Source: Thermoplasmata archaeon
GTDB lineage: Archaea; Thermoplasmatota; Thermoplasmata; Lutacidiplasmatales; UBA184
Reading direction: 5' to 3'
Length of the DNA stretch: 55,584 nucleotides
Assembly: GCA_030038605.1 (NCBI GenBank)
Contig: JASHSU010000037.1
Span: 1-55,584 of the forward strand
A program made the position numbers and the translations under genes. Positions 35,686 through 41,628 of this stretch are shown here, piece by piece. The notes beneath the pieces were generated by a model. It had not been told where the DNA came from, searched no databases, and saw only the letters and a program-made list of their open reading frames with translations. Positions within the stretch are counted from its first letter, which is position 1, and every line of letters starts with the position of its first letter.

Positions 35686-35877
35686 GTGGCGAACAAGAAG
35701 AGCCTGCACATCGAGTCGAGCGGCCAGCTGTGCATCTACTGCGGAGCCTGCGTCGGGATCTGCCCCCTCAACTGCATCTATCTGGACGAGACCCGCATCA
35801 CCTTCGACGAGAAGGTCTGCACCCGCTGCGAGATCTGCGTGAAGGCGTGCCCCGTCGGCGCGATCGAGATCGACTGA
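35686..35877 (+). CDS. 2x[4Fe-4S] ferredoxin
   Basis: 63 aa with two cluster motifs, CIYCGACVGICP and CTRCEICVKACP. Confidence 0.85.
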   Translation: MANKKSLHIESSGQLCIYCGACVGICPLNCIYLDETRITFDEKVCTRCEICVKACPVGAIEID

Positions 35878-35899
35878 AGCGGGACGGAGAAACTCCACC

Positions 35900-37090
35900 A
35901 TGGCCGCGGACCTGAAGACCGACGTCCTCGTCATCGGCGGGGGGCCCGCCGGCAGCATGACCGCCAAGTGGGCCGCCCAGGCCGGCGCCTCGGTCCTGAT
36001 GATCGAGAAGCGCCAGGAGATCGGCAGCCCCGTCCGCTGCGGCGAGGGGATGAGCAAGGACTGGCTCCACGACGTGGGCATCAAGCCCGGCCGCTGGGTG
36101 AACCTGGAGGTCGAGGGGGCCCGTATCTACTCGCCCAGCGAGAAGGTCTTCGAGATCAACGAGAAGCACGCCGGTAACGAGGTCGGCTATGTCGTCGAGC
36201 GCGTCGAGTTCGACAAGCAGTTGGCGATCGACGCGGCCAACGCGGGCGTCGAGGTCCGTCTGAAGACCGCCGCCACCGGGATCCTCAAGGAGAACGGCAA
36301 GGTCGTCGGCGCGAAGGTCAAGCAGTTCGGCACGACGTTCGACGTCCGGGCCAAGGTCACGATCGGCGCGGACGGGTTCGAGAGCCAGGTCGGCCGGTGG
36401 GCCGGCATCTCCACGAACATCGCGATCCGGGACATGGACACGTGCCTCCAGTACCGGATGACGAACGTCGACTCGGATTCCCGCTACTGTGACTTCTACC
36501 TCGGCAAGGTCGCTCCGGGCGGCTACGTCTGGGTCTTCCCGAAGGGGGACGGGCTGGCCAACGTCGGCATTGGGGTGCAGGTGAGCCAGGTCCAGTCGAT
36601 GGCCGAGGCGCGCAACTACCTGGACGCGTGGATCGCGGCCCACCCCGGCTACGCCAAGGGCAAGAAGATCGACATGGTCGGCGGCGGCGTCTCCATCTCC
36701 GCGCCGTTGAAGCAGACCGTGACCGACGGGTTCATGCTCGTTGGGGACGCGGCCCGGATGATCGACCCTCTTACCGGCGGCGGCATCGCCAACGGCTGCA
36801 TCGCGGGGAAGATCTGCGGCACGGTCGCCGCCGAGGCGGCCCAGACCGGGGACACGTCGAAGGCGTTCCTCGATAAGTACGAGAAGGGCTGGCGGGCGCG
36901 GCTCGAGGAGAAGCTCTACCGGAACTGGCTCGCCAAGGAGAAGTTGACGACCCTCTCCGACGCGACGTTCGACAAGATCATCGACGCGCTCGCGGGTGTC
37001 CGCCTCGAGAAGCTGAACGTCCACAACATCTTGAAAGCCGTCCACGAAAAGTACCCCGAGGTCACGAAGGAGTTCGAGGCGTTCCTGTAG
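35900..37090 (+). CDS. Geranylgeranyl reductase (digeranylgeranylglycerophospholipid reductase family)
   Basis: 396 aa with DVLVIGGGPAGSMTAKWAA FAD motif, RCGEG, and the GGR-type core FYLGKVAPGGYVWVFPKGDGLANVGIGV. Confidence 0.85.
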   Translation: MAADLKTDVLVIGGGPAGSMTAKWAAQAGASVLMIEKRQEIGSPVRCGEGMSKDWLHDVGIKPGRWVNLEVEGARIYSPSEKVFEINEKHAGNEVGYVVERVEFDKQLAIDAANAGVEVRLKTAATGILKENGKVVGAKVKQFGTTFDVRAKVTIGADGFESQVGRWAGISTNIAIRDMDTCLQYRMTNVDSDSRYCDFYLGKVAPGGYVWVFPKGDGLANVGIGVQVSQVQSMAEARNYLDAWIAAHPGYAKGKKIDMVGGGVSISAPLKQTVTDGFMLVGDAARMIDPLTGGGIANGCIAGKICGTVAAEAAQTGDTSKAFLDKYEKGWRARLEEKLYRNWLAKEKLTTLSDATFDKIIDALAGVRLEKLNVHNILKAVHEKYPEVTKEFEAFL

Positions 37091-37107
37091 ACGCCCCGAA
37101 CCGGACC

Positions 37108-37752
37108 ATGCCCGGCGCACCGAACCGACCCCCGCCCAAGGACGAGCCCGGGACGCCGCCGGTGCCCGTCGTGCCCGAGACCCCCGAACGGCTGGCGCTC
37201 CGCCGCCTGGGTCCGGCCCGCGTCGCCCTCCACCTGGACGTATGGAAGGGTGCGCCGAGCGCGGAGCTGATCGCCCCGTTCGACCGGGCGGAGACCGCCT
37301 ACGCCGCCGGCGACTACGGCGCCGCGATCCAGGCGCTCGACCAGTTGGCGATCCGATTCCACGAGCCACGCTGGCCGACCTTGCCCGAGCCGTTCCGCCG
37401 ACTGCGGGTCGCCATTCCGCCCCCGATGCCCCCGCACTGGGACCCGGAGCACGGGCTGGCCGCCGACGAGAAGGAGGCGCGCCGTGCCCGACGCACCGTC
37501 GACGACCAACTGGCCCTCGCCCGGGCGAGCGTCGCCTGGGCGACCGCCCACGGGACCGACCTCTCGGCCCTGGCCCCCCGGGTCGACGAGGCGGCCGCGA
37601 TCCTGGCGGCCGAGGGCCTGGTGCCCGCGGTTTACGAGCGCCTGGACGCGGTGTGGCTAGCCGTGCGCGAACGGGTCCCCAAGCCCCTCGCCCCGGCCGG
37701 TCGCGCCCGCCCCGCCCCCGCCGAGCCGGCGGACGAAGCCGGCGAGGCGTGA
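37108..37752 (+). CDS. Hypothetical protein (Pro-rich N-terminus, helical TPR-like body)
   Basis: 214 aa with coding-like composition and no recognised family. It contains DRAETAYAAGDYGAAIQALDQL. Confidence 0.5.
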   Translation: MPGAPNRPPPKDEPGTPPVPVVPETPERLALRRLGPARVALHLDVWKGAPSAELIAPFDRAETAYAAGDYGAAIQALDQLAIRFHEPRWPTLPEPFRRLRVAIPPPMPPHWDPEHGLAADEKEARRARRTVDDQLALARASVAWATAHGTDLSALAPRVDEAAAILAAEGLVPAVYERLDAVWLAVRERVPKPLAPAGRARPAPAEPADEAGEA

Positions 37753-37764
37753 GCGTCCGCAGCG

Positions 37765-38109
37765 ATGGCCCCGGACGAGGCGGCCCCGCGGTCGGTCCGC
37801 CGGGGTGAGGGCGAAGTCACCCAGTGGCCCCGCGGGTTGGTGGGGTACACTCCCTCGGGGCCGGACGACGACACCCCGGATCCGGACGAGGACCGCACGG
37901 GGAACCGGATCCGCCTCGCGGCCCGGTTGCTTTCCGTGCTCGCCGCTCAGGGGGCCGAGGTCGGTAGCCTGGTCCAGGACTTGGCGGCCGCCGAGCGGGC
38001 CTACCGTGCGGGCCGCCACGACGAGGCCACCCGCCGCGTCGAGACGATCCTCGAGGCGCTGGCGCGGTTCGAGGCCGGCCCGGGCGCCCACGGACCTCCG
38101 ACACGTTAA
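37765..38109 (+). CDS. Hypothetical small acidic/helical protein
   Basis: 114 aa. It contains AAAERAYRAGRHDEATRRVETIL, which echoes the helical motif of the preceding ORF. Confidence 0.45.
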   Translation: MAPDEAAPRSVRRGEGEVTQWPRGLVGYTPSGPDDDTPDPDEDRTGNRIRLAARLLSVLAAQGAEVGSLVQDLAAAERAYRAGRHDEATRRVETILEALARFEAGPGAHGPPTR

Positions 38110-38133
38110 GGCGTGACACGCCTCGGGGCGGCG

Positions 38134-39129
38134 ATGCCCTACCGGTTCGGAACCTTCTCGATCGTGGCGTGCGACCCGTCGGACGGAACGTGCGGTGTGG
38201 CGGTGCAGTCGAAGTTCATCTCGGTCGGCTCCGTCGTCCCGTGGGCCGAGGCCGGGGTCGGTGCCGTCGCGACCCAGGCCGCGTCCAACCCGGCCTGGGG
38301 GCCGGAAGGCCTCGTCCTCCTGCGCCAGGGGTTGAGCGCGAAGGACGCCGTGCGTCGGCTGGTGGCGGCCGACCCCGGCCGCGACGAGCGCCAGCTGGGG
38401 GTCGTCGACGCCCACGGGGGCGCCGCGGCGCACACCGGGTCGAAATGCATGGACTGGGCCGGCCAGGTCGTCGGCGACGGGTTCACCTGCCAGGGGAACA
38501 TCCTGTTCGGACCGGCGGTCGTCCAGGCGATGGCCCGGGCGTACGAGTCGACCGGCGGCGACATCGCGGACCGGCTGCTGGCGGCCCTGGTCGCCGGCCA
38601 GCGCGAGGGCGGCGACCGGCGGGGGCAGCAATCCGCGGCCCTCCTCGTCAGTAAGAAGGGCGCCGGATACGGCCAGAGCGACCGGTGGATCGACGTGCGG
38701 GTCGATGACCACGTCGCGCCGATCGAGGAGCTCCGGCGGGTGTTCCGCCTCTACGACCTGACGATGCTCAACCGGGAGGACCCCGCGAGCCTGCAGCCGA
38801 TCGCGGGGGAGGTCGCGGTCGGAGTCCAGCACGACCTGCATGTCCTCGGATACTACACCGGCCGGCTGAACGGGACCTGGGATGCGGCGAGCCGGACCGC
38901 GTTCGACCGGTTCGTCGGCGAGCACAACTTCGAGAACAAGCAGACGAACCCGGACGCGATCTGGCCGACCGTCCGCGCCTACCTCAAGGAGCGGGCGGAC
39001 GCCGAGGTCGCGCGGCGGACGCACACCGCGCCGATCGTCCCGGATGCGCTCAGCCGCGGACCCGGCGCCCAACCGAAGGGGGGGTCGTCATCGGCGCACC
39101 GGTCGAAGAAATCCCCGGCGTCGAAGTAA
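38134..39129 (+). CDS. DUF1028 (Ntn-hydrolase fold) protein fused to a peptidoglycan-binding-like (PG_binding_1) domain
   Basis: GTFSIVACDPSDGTCGVAVQSKF is the DUF1028 N-terminal nucleophile region. VQHDLHVLGYYTGRLNGTWDAASRTAFDRFVGEHNF matches the PG_binding_1 pattern. ATG 38134 is preferred over GTG 38113. The last 40 or so residues are low-complexity and may not be real. Confidence 0.7.
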   Translation: MPYRFGTFSIVACDPSDGTCGVAVQSKFISVGSVVPWAEAGVGAVATQAASNPAWGPEGLVLLRQGLSAKDAVRRLVAADPGRDERQLGVVDAHGGAAAHTGSKCMDWAGQVVGDGFTCQGNILFGPAVVQAMARAYESTGGDIADRLLAALVAGQREGGDRRGQQSAALLVSKKGAGYGQSDRWIDVRVDDHVAPIEELRRVFRLYDLTMLNREDPASLQPIAGEVAVGVQHDLHVLGYYTGRLNGTWDAASRTAFDRFVGEHNFENKQTNPDAIWPTVRAYLKERADAEVARRTHTAPIVPDALSRGPGAQPKGGSSSAHRSKKSPASK

Positions 39130-39356
39130 CGGTCGTCGCGCGGCGTCCGTGCGCGGACCCCGCGGCGGCGGAGCGGCTGCGCCAGGCGCTAGTGCCGGAC
39201 ACACCCGACTTCGTCGAGCTGCGGGTCGACGGCGCGGCGCTGGTCGTCACGACCCGGGGGAGCTCGGCGCGCAGTGTGCGGGCGACCCTCGAGGACCTCC
39301 TGGCCTGTGTCCAGGCCGCCGAGCGGGCGGCCCGCCCTCCGGCCGGCCCTAAGTAG
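39084..39356 (+). CDS. Pcc1/CTAG-like small protein (KEOPS subunit-like); start codon unresolved
   Basis: Frame-0 hand translation gives VVIGAPVEEIPGVEVTVVARRPCADPAAAERLRQALVPDTPDFVELRVDGAALVVTTRGSSARSVRATLEDLLACVQAAERAARPPAGPK*. The beta-alpha-beta-beta-alpha layout and the S.RATL..LL motif resemble archaeal Pcc1. There is no in-frame ATG/GTG/TTG for more than 250 nt upstream. The stop lies 2 nt before the next gene. Confidence 0.35.
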   Translation, partial: VVIGAPVEEIPGVEVTVVARRPCADPAAAERLRQALVPDTPDFVELRVDGAALVVTTRGSSARSVRATLEDLLACVQAAERAARPPAGPK

Positions 39357-39358
39357 CG

Positions 39359-40279
39359 ATGCCCGGTCCCGAGCGCGTGTCCGACGTCCTCGCGACGGGG
39401 CGCCCCGCGCCGTCGCGGGGCCACGGGCGGTACGCGGCGGCGGTGCTGGTCACCGTGTTCGCGATCCTGAGCCAGTACTTTCTCCCCGACTGGGTACCGG
39501 CCCTGCGTCCCATCTACGGCTCGCTGGTCGGCGACCTGGCGGTCGTCTACGGCGTTCCGGTCGTCACGTTCGCCGTGCTGGTCGGCGCCGGGCCCCTCCG
39601 CCACTGGAAGGACCGGATGGGCGTCGCGACGGTCGAAGGACTCCGCTGGTACGGGCTGCTCTCGCTCCTCGGGCTGGCGATCGTCCTCGGGCTGGCGGTG
39701 CTCTACGAGGCCGTCGACCCGTCGGCGCTCCAGCTGCTCGACAAGCCGAACCCCGCCCTCCAACAGGCGGTCGGCGACCCCTGGCTCTACGTCGCCCTCT
39801 CGTTCGTCATCGGGGCGTTCGAGGAGACGATCTTCCGCGGATGGATCTACGGGTACTGGAAGAACTGGAAGGGCTCCTGGGTCGTACCCGCGACCGCCAC
39901 GAGCGTACTGTTCGCCGGTGTGCACCTGTACTACGCGACGACGTACACCCTCGCGGCGCCGCTCATCTTCCCGACCCTGTTCCTCCTCGGGTTCGCCTTC
40001 GCCGCGACCTACCAGGCTTCGGGGGGGAACCTGGTCGTGGTGGCCTTGCTGCACGGGGCGAACGACGCGACCGCCTACCTCACCCTCATCAACGCCCCGG
40101 TGGGCGACGCCCTGCACTACCTCGTCATCTTCGTGGGCGCGATCCTGGCCTTGGTCCTGTATCTTCGAACTCCACCCTCCGCGCCCCCGGTCGAGTGGGC
40201 CCCCGGTTTCGGACGGCCCGGCCCGACCGGGGCCACGGACCCGATGAGTGAGGCCCCGAATCCGTTCGGTCCTTCGTAG
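39359..40279 (+). CDS. CPBP family (CAAX/Abi-type) intramembrane glutamic endopeptidase
   Basis: 306 aa and polytopic. Motifs are EETIFRGW (EExxxR), FAGVHL (FxxxH) and LLHGANDA (HxxxN/D). Confidence 0.8.
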   Translation: MPGPERVSDVLATGRPAPSRGHGRYAAAVLVTVFAILSQYFLPDWVPALRPIYGSLVGDLAVVYGVPVVTFAVLVGAGPLRHWKDRMGVATVEGLRWYGLLSLLGLAIVLGLAVLYEAVDPSALQLLDKPNPALQQAVGDPWLYVALSFVIGAFEETIFRGWIYGYWKNWKGSWVVPATATSVLFAGVHLYYATTYTLAAPLIFPTLFLLGFAFAATYQASGGNLVVVALLHGANDATAYLTLINAPVGDALHYLVIFVGAILALVLYLRTPPSAPPVEWAPGFGRPGPTGATDPMSEAPNPFGPS

Positions 40280-40372
40280 CACGCGACCGCTCGGGGCGCC
40301 CGGCACGGAGGGGCACGGAGCTTCCCGGAACGGCCCGCTAGCATCATGTAACGGACCCGTGTCCCCCCGCCG

Positions 40373-40807
40373 ATGAACCCGCCGGACGATACCCTGCGCC
40401 GGGCGCTGGAGCAGGCCCGCACGATCGCCGTGGTCGGCCTCTCCGACAAGCCGGAGCGGGACTCGTACGGCATCGCCCAGTACCTCCAGGGGGCCGGCTA
40501 CCGCATCGTTCCGGTGAATCCCCGGGTGGCCCAAGTGCTCGGCGAGCGCTCGTATCCCAGCGTCGGCGCGATCCCGGCCGACCTTCGGGTCGACCTCGTC
40601 GACGTCTTCCGTCGTTCGGAGGAGGTCCCGCCGATCGTCGACGAGGCGATCGCCCGTAAGGTCCCGCTGGTCTGGATGCAGTTGGGGGTGTCGAACGCCG
40701 AGGCGGCCGAGAAAGGTCGCGCGGCCGGTGTGACCGTCGTCGAGGACCGGTGCATCCGGGTCGACCACCGCCGCCTCGGCGTGCGGACCGGGGGAGTCGC
40801 CCGATGA
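40373..40807 (+). CDS. CoA-binding domain protein (YccU/YneT-like)
   Basis: 144 aa. The motifs IAVVGLSDKPERDSYGIAQYLQGAGYRIVPVNP ... VDLVDVFR are typical of CoA_binding_2. Confidence 0.8.
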   Translation: MNPPDDTLRRALEQARTIAVVGLSDKPERDSYGIAQYLQGAGYRIVPVNPRVAQVLGERSYPSVGAIPADLRVDLVDVFRRSEEVPPIVDEAIARKVPLVWMQLGVSNAEAAEKGRAAGVTVVEDRCIRVDHRRLGVRTGGVAR

Positions 40808-41583
40808 GCGGACCGGCACCGCCGGCGAAGGTGGCCGCGGCGTCCCCCTCCGTGCGATCCGGGACGGTCGAGGACCGCGGCGTCATGCGACGGGACTCCG
40901 TCCACGCGGCCCGCTGGCTCGTCGACGGCTCGGCGAAGGCGACGGGCGCGGTCGACGTGGGGTCGCTCGAGGTTCAGGGCTCGCTCTCGGTGGGCGGGAT
41001 GCTGAGCGCGGACACGCTGACGGTCCGCGGACGCCTGGACGCGGGGGCGGCGGTCCAGGTCGCCGGCGCCCTCACCTCGGACGGCGGCTTCCGAGCCACG
41101 GGGCCGGTCACGGCCCGTCAGGCTACGTTCGACGGGGCGAGCCGGGTCACCGGTGACGTCACCGTCGAGGCGACGCTCGCCCTCCGCGGGCAGTTCGCGG
41201 CCGCCGCGCTGCACGTCGGCGAGTTGCGGGGCGACGGGGCCGTCCAGGTGGTTGGAGAACTTCGCGCGGGTGCGGTCGACCTCCGGCTCAAGGGGGAAAG
41301 CCGGTTCGGGGTCATCCGCGCCCGCTCGGTCCGGCTCCTTCGGGCCTCCGCCAATCCGGTCGAGATGGTGCTCGGGGGCGGCGTGCCGACCCCGGTGGAG
41401 CGTATCGAGGCCGACCGGGTGGAGCTCGAGGGCGTCGACGCCGACTTCGTTCACTGCCCCGAGGTGATCCTCGGGCGGGACGCTCACATCTCCGAGCTGG
41501 AAGGGACGGTCGTGCGTCAGCACGGGAGCGCGAGCGTAGGCCCCCGGTCGAAGACGCCCCCGCCGTACGGGCTCTCGCGCTGA
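40804..41583 (+). CDS. Bactofilin-like (polymer-forming, beta-helical) protein
   Basis: Internal ATG 40804 overlaps the upstream stop (ATGA). It has degenerate repeating turns: VDGSAKATGAVDVGSLEVQGSLSVGGMLSADTLTVRGRLDAGAAVQVAGALTSDGGFRATGPVTARQATFDGASRVTGDVTVEATLALRG. These are typical of DUF583/bactofilin beta-helices. Confidence 0.55.
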   Translation: MSGPAPPAKVAAASPSVRSGTVEDRGVMRRDSVHAARWLVDGSAKATGAVDVGSLEVQGSLSVGGMLSADTLTVRGRLDAGAAVQVAGALTSDGGFRATGPVTARQATFDGASRVTGDVTVEATLALRGQFAAAALHVGELRGDGAVQVVGELRAGAVDLRLKGESRFGVIRARSVRLLRASANPVEMVLGGGVPTPVERIEADRVELEGVDADFVHCPEVILGRDAHISELEGTVVRQHGSASVGPRSKTPPPYGLSR

Positions 41584-41596
41584 CCCGCCCGTAGGA

Positions 41597-41604
41597 CTTT
41601 ATCT
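41597..41604 (+). promoter_or_regulatory. TATA-like box CTTTATCT upstream of ileS
   Basis: Lies 25-32 nt upstream of ATG 41629 and is identical to the octamer at 13182-13189. Confidence 0.45.
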
Positions 41605-41628
41605 CCCGGACACACGTCCTCGCGGGCC

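Noticed and set aside
38147-38157. GGTTC-G-GAACC inverted repeat similar to the intergenic GGTTC...GAACC motifs
   Set aside because: It lies inside the DUF1028 coding sequence, where it encodes the conserved RFGTF. It is most simply explained by codon constraints rather than a regulatory site.
35798-40819. Three long minus-strand ORFs (35798-37369, 37657-39072, 39050-40819)
   Set aside because: All lie antisense to plus-strand genes with clear family motifs (GGR, DUF1028, CPBP, CoA-binding). All have Arg/Gly/Pro-rich low-complexity translations.
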